From positions 23,865-87,864 of the forward strand of contig QCFC01000002.1 in NCBI GenBank assembly GCA_003278465.1: a DNA stretch of 64,000 nucleotides. The letters are read 5' to 3'. Position 1 is the first letter of the stretch. Each line of letters starts with the position of its first letter. A model generated the notes under the pieces. That model searched no databases and had not been told where the DNA came from. It was given only the letters and a program-made list of their open reading frames with translations. Both the position numbers and the translations under genes were made by a program. The DNA is from Prochlorococcus sp. AG-363-B04 (GTDB lineage Bacteria > Cyanobacteriota > Cyanobacteriia > PCC-6307 > Cyanobiaceae). Shown in pieces: positions 28,090-36,716 of this stretch.

Positions 28090-29151
28090 ATGCAGACCTA
28101 CGGAAATCCAAACCCCACTTATGAGTGGTGGGTTGGTAATTCTGTGGTGACCAACCGCGCAGGCCGATTTATTGGCTCGCATGTTGCGCATACAGGATTG
28201 ATTTGCTTCGCGGCTGGGGCAAACACCCTTTGGGAGGTGGCTCGTTATGACAGCTCTATCCCAATGGGCCACCAAGGAATGGTAAGCATTCCTCATTTGG
28301 CTTCTATTGGAATTGGTTTTGATGAAGCCGGAGTTTGGACAGGTGTAGGTGTTGCCACCATTGGCATCTTTCACCTGATCTTTTCAATGGTCTATGCAGG
28401 TGCAGGATTACTGCATTCTTTGCTCTTTGACCCTGACCTTAAGGAAGGACCAATTCCTACAACTAGCAAGTTCAAGCTTGAGTGGGAGAACCCAGATAAC
28501 CAGACTTTCATTCTTGGCCATCACTTGATATTTTTCGGTGTGGCTTGCATCTGGTTTGTGGAATGGGCTAGATGGCATGGTATCTATGATCCGGCCATTG
28601 GGGAAATAAGGACTGTTTTCCCTGGATATGGAGATTTCGGGAGGATATGGAACCATCAGTTCGACTTCCTTTCTATTGATAGTCTTGAAGAAGTGATGGA
28701 AGGCCATGCCTTTTTAGCTTTCCTTGAGATCACTGGTGGTGCTTGGCATATTGCTACTAGACAAATTGGTGAATACACCAGTTTTAAAGGTTCTGGTTTG
28801 CTTTCTGCAGAAGCTGTTCTTTCCTGGTCTCTTGCTGGTGTTGGCTGGATGGGAATTATTGTTGCCTTCTGGTGTGCTCAAAACACCACTGTTTATCCAC
28901 CTGAATGGTATGGAGAGCCATTAGCTTTTAAATTTGGAATCTCTCCTTATTGGGTAGAGACTGTTGACATAACAGATGCATCAGCACCTTGGGGACATAC
29001 CTCACGTGCTTGGCTTTCCAATGTTCATTATTATTTGGGATTTTTCTTAATTCAAGGTCATTTATGGCATGCACTACGTGCCATGGGTTTTGACTTTAGA
29101 AGAATCTTAAGTGCGTTAACCGCTATTGAGGCGAACTCTTCCTCTAGTTAA
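28090..29151 (+). CDS. pcb: divinyl-chlorophyll a/b light-harvesting protein Pcb (third copy, more divergent)
   Basis: MQTYGNPNPTYEWWVGNSVVTNRAGRFIGSH...; ATG at 28090. Confidence 0.95.
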   Translation: MQTYGNPNPTYEWWVGNSVVTNRAGRFIGSHVAHTGLICFAAGANTLWEVARYDSSIPMGHQGMVSIPHLASIGIGFDEAGVWTGVGVATIGIFHLIFSMVYAGAGLLHSLLFDPDLKEGPIPTTSKFKLEWENPDNQTFILGHHLIFFGVACIWFVEWARWHGIYDPAIGEIRTVFPGYGDFGRIWNHQFDFLSIDSLEEVMEGHAFLAFLEITGGAWHIATRQIGEYTSFKGSGLLSAEAVLSWSLAGVGWMGIIVAFWCAQNTTVYPPEWYGEPLAFKFGISPYWVETVDITDASAPWGHTSRAWLSNVHYYLGFFLIQGHLWHALRAMGFDFRRILSALTAIEANSSSS

Positions 29152-29192
29152 ATGGTGATTAATTTAAGAAATTAGATTAAGACCTTTTTCTT

Positions 29193-29231
29193 AAAAAAAA
29201 GCTTCTTCAAAATGAAGAAGCTTTTTTTTTT
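29193..29231 (+). terminator. A8-stem-T10 terminator after the third pcb
   Basis: AAAAAAAAGCTTCTTC-aaaat-GAAGAAGCTTTTTTTTTT. Confidence 0.7.
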
Positions 29232-29273
29232 GCCTAAGATACCTTCAGTACATGCTATAGAGATTTTTAACTT

Positions 29274-29411
29274 TTAAGATAATAATAATTGAACCAATAT
29301 AGTAAATATGATGCCTTTAAAGAATACAAGCCAAAGCAAGCCGTAATCACTTAAACCCAACTTCTTTTGATACCAAGATATTAATTTTTTATGATTCTCT
29401 ATGATTTTCAT
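29274..29411 (-). CDS. possible 45-aa mini-membrane protein
   Basis: My translation is MKIIENHKKLISWYQKKLGLSDYGLLWLVFFKGIIFTILVQLLLS; below the track cutoff. Confidence 0.35.
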   Translation of the reverse strand: MKIIENHKKLISWYQKKLGLSDYGLLWLVFFKGIIFTILVQLLLS

Positions 29412-29471
29412 GGAATTAGCTGATTTAGTTTGCTGAATGGTTGGATATTTATAGTTTGATTAAATAGTCTA

Positions 29472-30068
29472 TTATGAGAACAAGACTAGGAGCATTCTTG
29501 AAAGCTCAAACAAAGAGATGATACCAATTAATCTTAGTACAAATTTAGTATTTGTAAGCTTCTTAGAAATTAAACCTGTATAAGCATTCTGTTCTTTTCT
29601 TGTGCTTATTCTATTGATTTCTTTAAAACTATCTTTTGTTGAGACTAGGCTTTTATGTTCTTGTTTGGATTTGTACTTTTGTTCTTTTTGAAATGATTCG
29701 GTTGAGGTCTCAATAGATAAATCGTTATTCCCTTTGGTTTCTTTTGCATTCGATTCTTCTCTTCTCTTAAGTATCATTTCGGCCTCAGCTTGTGCTTCAA
29801 TTTTATTAATTTGATTTTTTATTTTCTGTGTATTTTCATTATCAATAGAATGATTTTCTTTCTGTTTTGGAGCTGAAGATAGGGCTTCTGCACAAGCATC
29901 AGCTAACTGGCTATTACCTTTCTTTTTCCATTCGAGCATTGCAGCTCGTATTCGATTTTCTTCTTCACTTTGAGAAGCTTCTTCTTTGGTTTCCTTTATG
30001 CCATCTGAAGCTCCTGATGACCAAGGGTCTTGGGAGGTCAGGTTATTTTTTTCAGAGGATTCTTCCAT
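29472..30068 (-). CDS. hypothetical K/E-rich protein with a C-terminal TM anchor
   Basis: 198-aa ORF, charged low complexity, C-terminal LRLIGIISLFELSRMLLVLF. Confidence 0.45.
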   Translation of the reverse strand: MEESSEKNNLTSQDPWSSGASDGIKETKEEASQSEEENRIRAAMLEWKKKGNSQLADACAEALSSAPKQKENHSIDNENTQKIKNQINKIEAQAEAEMILKRREESNAKETKGNNDLSIETSTESFQKEQKYKSKQEHKSLVSTKDSFKEINRISTRKEQNAYTGLISKKLTNTKFVLRLIGIISLFELSRMLLVLFS

Positions 30069-30313
30069 ACACCTACCTTATGGTGTTTTCTCCATAGGAC
30101 AACATTAGCTTAAAAAAACTAATAGAAAAACTTTTTATCTAGAGAATTCTTCTTCAGTGAGGTTGGTTTGCATTGAATTATTGCTTTTCATTGGATAATA
30201 TCTCTAGGCCTTTCAAAACATGGATTTTTCTAATGGAAATATTGATTCATTTTAAGAATTTATGGACGTGAATCTACTTTTATTCGACTTGTTTTTGTTT
30301 GAGATGTAGATTT

Positions 30314-30835
30314 CTATTTGATTAATAGAGTTATTTTCCAGAAGGCTATATTTTGAGAATCTTCTCTTGATGACGCAATAGCAAAGATAGTTCCATCTGA
30401 TTTTGTTATGCTGCATTCTCTACCTCCAATAGGTAATTTTGCAAAGTTTGATCTTGATCTGTCTGCTTCGGCAGATCTTTCAGGTCCTAGGACTTCGATA
30501 ATCTTCCCCCATATTTCGCTTTCAGATGCATTTTTGCTGATCTCGAACCCTTCAGCCAGATCAATATGTTCAGATAATGTTTGCTGCCTATTTTCTAAAG
30601 AAGTCTTATCTTCTAAAGAATATTTTGCAGGTTCCTTGGCTTCTGTAATTAATCGCATGTAACGTCTTTGGATTTTGTCAGGCATTCCAACAGCAGCTAT
30701 GAGTCCTATTGGCCCAAATATGAATCCTCCTAAACACCAGATGCCAACATTAATACCTTTGTTTTTGGCAATAGTTGCTGAGAACCCACCACAACTAATA
30801 AACATCAGCAGGAGAAGAAATAAAGGTAGATTCAT
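30314..30835 (-). CDS. hypothetical membrane protein
   Basis: 173-aa ORF with two N-terminal TM helices and a soluble C-terminal domain. Confidence 0.5.
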   Translation of the reverse strand: MNLPLFLLLLMFISCGGFSATIAKNKGINVGIWCLGGFIFGPIGLIAAVGMPDKIQRRYMRLITEAKEPAKYSLEDKTSLENRQQTLSEHIDLAEGFEISKNASESEIWGKIIEVLGPERSAEADRSRSNFAKLPIGGRECSITKSDGTIFAIASSREDSQNIAFWKITLLIK

Positions 30836-31222
30836 CTCTAACGATTGTTGTTAAACCTATGATGACGGCATTGTTTAAGATTGACAGTCTTTAGATTATT
30901 AATTTTCTATAAATTAATGTAATCTTCCTTTGATAACTCCTTGATAATGCAATTTCCTGAGCCTATATTGTTAAATGCGTTATATTAGATTGCGTACATA
31001 GATTTGCATATATATTTGTATAAGTAATTTATGTATTTATATACCTTATGAACCAGATTGACTAGTTAATTAATAGTTTACCTTTCTTTTGTCTTTAAGG
31101 GTTGGTTCATTACAGGTAACTTCTTTAGGATGGTCAGTCTTCTTAGTCGCAGATCCTTTCTGCGCGAGTTGATCTGGTCTGTTGGTTATACTCTAATTCG
31201 GAGCCCTATTGGCCTTATTTTT

Positions 31223-31555
31223 ATGTCAGAGCCTCAAGCTTTATATGTACTCTTAGCTCCTGCAGGTCAGCTTGCTGGGAATGGGCAGCTACGAGAAACT
31301 TTGAATGAACGTCGGAGCCGAAAAGGCGACAATGTACAGTTTTGGTATCTCTCTCCTGATCTTGTTCGGGAATTTAACTTGTCTGATATTGGGCATGAAG
31401 CAGTAGTTGCCGATGAAATTACTGCTATTAATTGGCTCAAGCTTCGTTTTGGAGGTAAAAGTTCAACTGTCCACCTTAATGTTGATCGGCTTAGGGAGCT
31501 TGCATCAGGACCCCCTCCAGGTCCTATTTTTAGAGACATAAGTGTTAGCGAATAA
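31223..31555 (+). CDS. ycf54: Ycf54-like protein (Mg-protoporphyrin monomethyl ester cyclase accessory factor)
   Basis: LYVLLAP...LRETLNERRSRKGDNVQFWYLSPDL...AINWLKLRF parallels the Ycf54/DUF2488 pattern (YYxxLAS..L.ERRR.Y....IDFW....P.FL....WLKLRL). ATG at 31223 is preferred. Confidence 0.7.
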   Translation: MSEPQALYVLLAPAGQLAGNGQLRETLNERRSRKGDNVQFWYLSPDLVREFNLSDIGHEAVVADEITAINWLKLRFGGKSSTVHLNVDRLRELASGPPPGPIFRDISVSE

Positions 31556-31666
31556 ATGCGATTATTAACTGCTTTAGAAGAAAACCAGACAATTTCTATT
31601 TTTTTGAAGAGCAATATTTTATTTGTTATTTAAAACCTAAAATTGCTTTATACATAGCCTAGTCAT

Positions 31667-32032
31667 ATGACAAATTTCCACAAGGTCACAGTTCATTGTC
31701 GTAAAACAGGACGAACAATGACGTCCAATGTTCCAGAGGGAGAATATATTTTGCGCAGTTTCGAGTCGGATGGAGAAAATCTACCTTTTTCTTGTCGAAA
31801 TGGTTGTTGCACTACTTGTGCTGTCCGTATCATTTCAGGCGAAATGGATCAGAAAGATGGAATTGGTCTTTCACAAGAGATGATTGATAATGGGTATGGG
31901 CTGATTTGTATTGGTAAGGCAATTGGACCATTAGAGTTAGAGACCCAGAATGAGGATGAGGTTTATGAAATTCAGTTCGGAAAGTATTTGGGGAAAGTAA
32001 AGGCTAAGAAAGGAAATCCTTTTGAGATTTAA
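31667..32032 (+). CDS. plant-type [2Fe-2S] ferredoxin with a C-terminal extension
   Basis: Cys ligand pattern SCRNGCCTTCAV...LICIG (C-x4-C-x2-C...C). Confidence 0.85.
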   Translation: MTNFHKVTVHCRKTGRTMTSNVPEGEYILRSFESDGENLPFSCRNGCCTTCAVRIISGEMDQKDGIGLSQEMIDNGYGLICIGKAIGPLELETQNEDEVYEIQFGKYLGKVKAKKGNPFEI

Positions 32033-32128
32033 CTCAAAAATAATATTTTCACTAAGGCGCTTTATATTCTAGTAATGGTTAGTTTATGTATTTTCCTTTT
32101 AGTTCTAATTCATATGCTTAATCATTTA

Positions 32129-33190
32129 TTATCCATATCTTACAGAATTAGTTTTTTCCATAGGGAGTGCAAATTGTCTCAGTATTAATGAAACAAACTT
32201 ACTTAGAGCTATTGGTTTCGCTATTCCTGAACTTTCCCTCCATTTACGAAATGCCTTAAGAATTTGAATCCTCATTTCTAGGAATTTACCATCATCAAAG
32301 TTAAAGACCCATGGGAATGCATTCCGAGAAGTGTTATTAGTTTGAATAATTACTTCTTCGTCAAATAAAACAGGATCTATCCCTAACATTGAGTAAAAGT
32401 CACCTCGTTCACAAACTGTGAGGGTATGAGTTAAAAAGACTGTCCAAAGGAAAAAGCGACTTAGTAATTTGCCACGAAAGCCTTTGGTCATTCCTGGCCA
32501 GCAACGCATCATCATATTTATGCAGTCACCATGACGATTCTCGTCTTGGCACCATGGTTCAAAGAAGTCAAATAGAGGTGCGCAGGCTTTATCAGGATTA
32601 TCTTTAAGGTGTCTATTAATAAGTATGTACCGCCAATACCCAATCTTTTCGGATAGGTATAGAGAATAGAGAACCCAACTTAGAGGGAAGAATGTTGCCG
32701 CACGCTTTTTCCCTAAGTTTGGCAGGTCAACATTTATCCCCTCTGCTTTTAAAGCCCTACCTAAGAACCCTGCATGACGTGCTTCATCTCTAGCTAAGAA
32801 TTGGAAGAATTCACCTAATTCTTTTCTCCCAGCTTTCTTAAACCGATTGGATATTTCTTTAAACAGCAAGAAACCAGAGAATTCAGAGACAACTGAACGA
32901 ACTAGGTAACTTTCATATATAGCCTTGTTTTCTGGAGAGAGCTCTTCAAGTCGCTCCAGGGAGGCTTTTCGATCAAAATGCTTGAGATTGTAGTCAGCTT
33001 CCATTTCTTTAAACATTGCTTGAAAATCTTCACGTGCGATTTCAAGGTCTGTTTTTGCTGCCTTCTCAAACTCTGTCGTATAAAAACGAGGGGTTAGGAG
33101 GTTTTCGTCGAGGTGTGGAGGAAGCTCATTCCTTCCAGCTCCTCTCATTGCAGGCGAAGTAGTAGCAGTTGCTGTCATTGCTTTCTCCAT
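32129..33190 (-). CDS. acsF: Mg-protoporphyrin IX monomethyl ester (oxidative) cyclase
   Basis: Di-iron carboxylate motifs (EFSGFLLFKE, ARDEARHAGF, DENRHGD) and N-terminus LLTPRFYTTEF, typical of AcsF/ChlE. Confidence 0.95.
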   Translation of the reverse strand: MEKAMTATATTSPAMRGAGRNELPPHLDENLLTPRFYTTEFEKAAKTDLEIAREDFQAMFKEMEADYNLKHFDRKASLERLEELSPENKAIYESYLVRSVVSEFSGFLLFKEISNRFKKAGRKELGEFFQFLARDEARHAGFLGRALKAEGINVDLPNLGKKRAATFFPLSWVLYSLYLSEKIGYWRYILINRHLKDNPDKACAPLFDFFEPWCQDENRHGDCINMMMRCWPGMTKGFRGKLLSRFFLWTVFLTHTLTVCERGDFYSMLGIDPVLFDEEVIIQTNNTSRNAFPWVFNFDDGKFLEMRIQILKAFRKWRESSGIAKPIALSKFVSLILRQFALPMEKTNSVRYG

Positions 33191-33398
33191 ACCGGTACAT
33201 AATCTTAAGGCTTTGAGTTAGGTCTTTGACGCCTTGCTTAAGTAAATACATAGATATAGATACTATTGTTTTGTGCCATTTGCACTGTGACTAGTGCTGT
33301 GAATAAAGGTTTTGAGCTTATTGGATTAACAGAATTAAGGGTAGGAAGTACGTAAAGCTCCCTCACCCCCAATCCTTAATGACTTACTTGTTTATTGT

Positions 33399-33584
33399 TT
33401 AGTGCCCACACCACATTGCACATGTGGCAGTTACAACAGCGATGATGAGCCCTCCCCATTTAAGGACATTATGTTGAGAGTTGAATGTTGTACCAATCAG
33501 GATTGCTGAAAGATTGATAACGATTAATTGGTCTGTTGAAGGTGAAATACCAAATAGACCAGTTCCGGTAGCAAGGAAGTTCAT
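33399..33584 (-). CDS. mini two-helix membrane peptide ending in a Cys motif (paralog 1)
   Basis: ...STDQLIVINLSAILIGTTFNSQHNVLKWGGLIIAVVTATCAMWCGH is a paralog of 34890-35036. Start uncertain (ATG at 33584 or 33611). Confidence 0.4.
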   Translation of the reverse strand: MNFLATGTGLFGISPSTDQLIVINLSAILIGTTFNSQHNVLKWGGLIIAVVTATCAMWCGH

Positions 33585-33924
33585 TTTGGAAATGAAATCT
33601 ATAAAGACCATAGGATGGCAGTTGGAATATTTTTTTAAAATTGAGAATTCACACCAATTTAGTAATTCATGATTTGTGAAATTTTAAAAGTAGGTTTATT
33701 GAGGCTTGTTTTTTGATTCTGTCACTTACCTAGAGCTGCAATTATTACCTTGGAGATCGATTTTGCCTGCTTTAAGAAAGTCGCATCGACCCCCCTAGGG
33801 ATAGTGTTTGTTAAAGGGGGGGGCATGCAAGAGTACTGCAGGTAGTGTTTTGTACTGATGGCAATCCTCTTGACAGTGCCTAGACTCTTGATGGTCGGGT
33901 GATGGGGACCAGTCGGCCTGTACG

Positions 33925-34008
33925 CAAGGGGTACAAACCTTCAGTTCTGCATCTGGAGGTTTTCTTCAAGGGGTACAAACCCCCAGTTCTGCGTCTGGGG
34001 GTTTTCTT
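33925..34008 (+). repeat. two tandem 42-nt hairpin-plus-U-tract modules with compensatory stem substitutions
   Basis: CAAGGGGTACAAACCTTCAGttctgcatCTGGAGGTTTTCTT / CAAGGGGTACAAACCCCCAGttctgcgtCTGGGGGTTTTCTT. Each has a 10-bp stem, and the TT to CC change on the 5' arm is matched by A to G on the 3' arm. Confidence 0.75.
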
Positions 34009-34030
34009 TAAACCATAGGAGGCTCTCGTT

Positions 34031-34132
34031 ATGACTTACCGCAGACTCTTAAGGGCAGAGGTTTTACATGGGAGATTTGCTATGGCTATGCTCGGATTAT
34101 TTGCATTATTTGAGTTGTTAAAAATGAGTTAA
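34031..34132 (+). CDS. 33-aa mini HLIP-like peptide, not in ORF track
   Basis: My translation is MTYRRLLRAEVLHGRFAMAMLGLFALFELLKMS. It keeps the AExxxGRxAMxxxG core of HLIPs, and an AGGAGG SD lies 8 nt upstream. Confidence 0.5.
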   Translation: MTYRRLLRAEVLHGRFAMAMLGLFALFELLKMS

Positions 34133-34227
34133 ATTTAATGTTCTTGCTTCGATTAGAATTAAGCATTTAATTAACTAAGATAAAGAGATAAATATCTGGG
34201 AAACTTCTTCTATATTAAATAGTTATT

Positions 34228-34515
34228 CTATTTAGGCCTAATCTTCTTCCATAATTTTCTGTGACAAATAGTCCAGAACTTATATATCAGTAGAGTACCT
34301 CCCGTAAATAGAATCACTGTTATGATTGACCTAAAAATCTGATCTCCAAGCTCATTATTTAGATATACAAACCAGATAAATAAAGTGAAGAAGGTAAGAA
34401 TTACACCCCATGCCTGACTCGAATCTTCTGCGTAAACTCCTAGTGATCCAAATTTGACAAGTTCAGAATTTGGTTTTGTTGAAGTGGTGGGTTGATCTTG
34501 TGATAATTGAGGCAT
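34228..34515 (-). CDS. hypothetical two-TM membrane protein
   Basis: 95-aa ORF. Confidence 0.45.
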   Translation of the reverse strand: MPQLSQDQPTTSTKPNSELVKFGSLGVYAEDSSQAWGVILTFFTLFIWFVYLNNELGDQIFRSIITVILFTGGTLLIYKFWTICHRKLWKKIRPK

Positions 34516-34608
34516 ATTTTTTTGAAGGCTAGAGTCTCGTCAATCTTTTCATAGCCTTTAACAAGGTTAGTTAGTTAAATGACATTTGAGGAGAAAAGTT
34601 GTCTTTAC

Positions 34609-34640
34609 AAAAAAAAGACCCAGCTAAAAGCCTGGGGTCT
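34609..34640 (-). terminator. intrinsic terminator (minus strand)
   Basis: Minus strand reads AGACCCCAG-gcttttag-CTGGGTCT followed by T8. Confidence 0.55.
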
Positions 34641-34679
34641 GGATGATGGGGAACCTACTTTCTAATAGGTATCACTTTA

Positions 34680-34711
34680 AATAAAAGCCCCTGCAGTAGT
34701 ACTGAAGGGGC
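34680..34711 (-). terminator. GC-rich intrinsic terminator (minus strand)
   Basis: Minus strand reads GCCCCT-tcagtactactgc-AGGGGC followed by TTTTATTT. Confidence 0.55.
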
Positions 34712-34803
34712 AGCTTATGATCCTATAAACCCACATATAGTGTTTTGATGGCTATAGCGTGGATTTGTTTACTGGTAGAGGTGATAGGAAAAGTAAAAGT
34801 TTG

Positions 34804-34858
34804 AAACTCATTTCCTCTATGGCCACTTTGAAAATATGACCATAGAGGAAATGAGTTT
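34804..34858. repeat. 19-bp perfect inverted repeat with a 17-nt loop
   Basis: AAACTCATTTCCTCTATGG ... CCATAGAGGAAATGAGTTT, 32 nt downstream of the stop of the mini-gene 34890-35036. Confidence 0.85.
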
Positions 34859-34889
34859 GCTTTACTTGAGTCCCTTCAGGTTCAATTGA

Positions 34890-35036
34890 CTAGCCTCCAC
34901 AATTAAGTATTGCGCAGGCTGCTGAAGCCACAGCGATGATTACACCACCCCATTTGATGACTTTTTGGTCGGCGCTAAAGGTGCTGCCTACAAGGATGGC
35001 TGCGAGGTTAATGACGATGAGCTGATCAGAGTTCAT
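34890..35036 (-). CDS. mini two-helix membrane peptide ending in a Cys motif (paralog 2), not in ORF track
   Basis: My translation is MNSDQLIVINLAAILVGSTFSADQKVIKWGGVIIAVASAACAILNCGG. Confidence 0.45.
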   Translation of the reverse strand: MNSDQLIVINLAAILVGSTFSADQKVIKWGGVIIAVASAACAILNCGG

Positions 35037-35216
35037 AGTGAACCTTTTACAACAAGCAGACCTTAAGACGATTCTCCCTTTTGAGCTCGAATTGTTAGAG
35101 AGTTGTCAAGATTCAGTAAGTAAAATTTTTCATTGATAAACAAGTAGTAAATAATGTAATAATTGATAGATTAAGAAAGGAGAGCTTGATTGGTTATGAT
35201 TTACATATTTAATTGT

Positions 35217-36605
35217 CTATAACTTAGGTGTACATATCTGAAAATAATCTGAAAAATTACAACTTATTCCTTGATCTTGTGCAGTTTTTATTACTTCTGA
35301 GATTCTATTAGACTTGGCTTTGATTTTTTGATTTTCTCTGGGATTATTTACATCACTGTTGGGCAAAATAATGTAATCATAGTTTTTCAATGGAAGATAT
35401 CTACCTGATTCAATTGTGTTTACAATTAGTCTGTTGGCAAAGTGCGCAGCATAAATTTTGTCAGTAAGTATTGATTTGTCTGATGATATTGATGATTTTA
35501 CTCTATGAAATGCAATTGCTTCTTTGAGGTTAGGGAAGTATCTTGATTTAAAGTAGCCTATGCGTGCATATCCAATAAAGGATATTATTGAAAGAATAAC
35601 AGTAAGATAATAAATAAACTTTAGGGTCTTATGAGCTATTTTTTCCCAATCTTTAATCGAATCTAGGCATGCTGTAATAATGAACGGCATTATTCCAATT
35701 GAATAATGATGATTAAGCTCTCTTTGGATTCCAGATGAGGAGATTATATTTGTAAGTAAGATAGGTAGTGTTCCTATTAATGCATTAAGTGAGTTTTTTC
35801 TAAGTATTGCCAAGAAAGGTAAGGTTAGGCCTATGACATAAAAAAGAATTGATTCTGGTGTCGCTTCACTTAAAATATACCAAGGTTTACTTAGTATTGT
35901 TATAAGTATTGCAGATTTTGTTTCTCCCAGGTATCCTAGTCTTAGATTTACATAATCTCCTCCAGCTGCTGAAAATTTTGCAGAAATTATCCACCATCCT
36001 ATTGAGATCAATAATGTAATAATTGCCTTTTTGTATTGCCTATTTGCTAATCCATATAGACTTAAACCTGCACCAAATAGTACTTGAGACTTCTTTACTA
36101 AGAGTGTAATTAGAAAGTATATAAAATAACGATTGCTTCGAGCCTTTTTAGTTTCTTGTATTGCTAATAGCATTATTGGTGCTGTTAATATCTCGGGATG
36201 AAAATCTCCTAAATTAACAAGAAAAAAATATGGGCATAGAAGAACTGCTACTAATAAGCTTGCTGTAATTGGATTAGGGCTATTCTTTTCTTTTGCGAGT
36301 TTTAATGTTAGTGCAGGTATGATTCCTAATGCTATTGATTGCAGTGCAATAAGAGTATAGGTCGTTGGGATTATTTTATAAATAAAAGCTATCGGGATGA
36401 GCAATAGAGAGAAATGGTCTTGTAGAGGTGCTATACCTCTAAGACTGCTTATTTCATTAATTTTTCCATTAGCTATAAGCCAACTGAATTGCTCAAATGT
36501 CCCAATATCTGATGCCTGACTACCTAGTAGGAAATGCTGTAAGAATGCAAAAATAAATAATGTTATTGTATAGATGAAAGATATTCTGAATGCGATGTGA
36601 TTCAT
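35217..36605 (-). CDS. DUF2079-like polytopic membrane protein (GT-C-like fold suspected)
   Basis: At least 10 TM helices; N-terminal SDIGTFEQFSWLIANG...LQDHFSLLLIPIAFIY resembles the DUF2079 signature (DLGxFxQxxW...G...LGxHFSPxL). Confidence 0.65.
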   Translation of the reverse strand: MNHIAFRISFIYTITLFIFAFLQHFLLGSQASDIGTFEQFSWLIANGKINEISSLRGIAPLQDHFSLLLIPIAFIYKIIPTTYTLIALQSIALGIIPALTLKLAKEKNSPNPITASLLVAVLLCPYFFLVNLGDFHPEILTAPIMLLAIQETKKARSNRYFIYFLITLLVKKSQVLFGAGLSLYGLANRQYKKAIITLLISIGWWIISAKFSAAGGDYVNLRLGYLGETKSAILITILSKPWYILSEATPESILFYVIGLTLPFLAILRKNSLNALIGTLPILLTNIISSSGIQRELNHHYSIGIMPFIITACLDSIKDWEKIAHKTLKFIYYLTVILSIISFIGYARIGYFKSRYFPNLKEAIAFHRVKSSISSDKSILTDKIYAAHFANRLIVNTIESGRYLPLKNYDYIILPNSDVNNPRENQKIKAKSNRISEVIKTAQDQGISCNFSDYFQICTPKL

Positions 36606-36716
36606 TCTTTAGAGGATGGTAGATTTATGTATAGAGATTTATATATAATTAAAATATATAGAAATATTTATTATTTTTATAATATTAGATAGGATTAACT
36701 ATTGGATTCTATACAA

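Noticed and set aside
33925-34008. Possible CRISPR or REP array
   Set aside because: There are only two abutting units with no spacers and no cas genes. The hairpin-plus-U-tract architecture fits RNA terminator/regulator modules instead.
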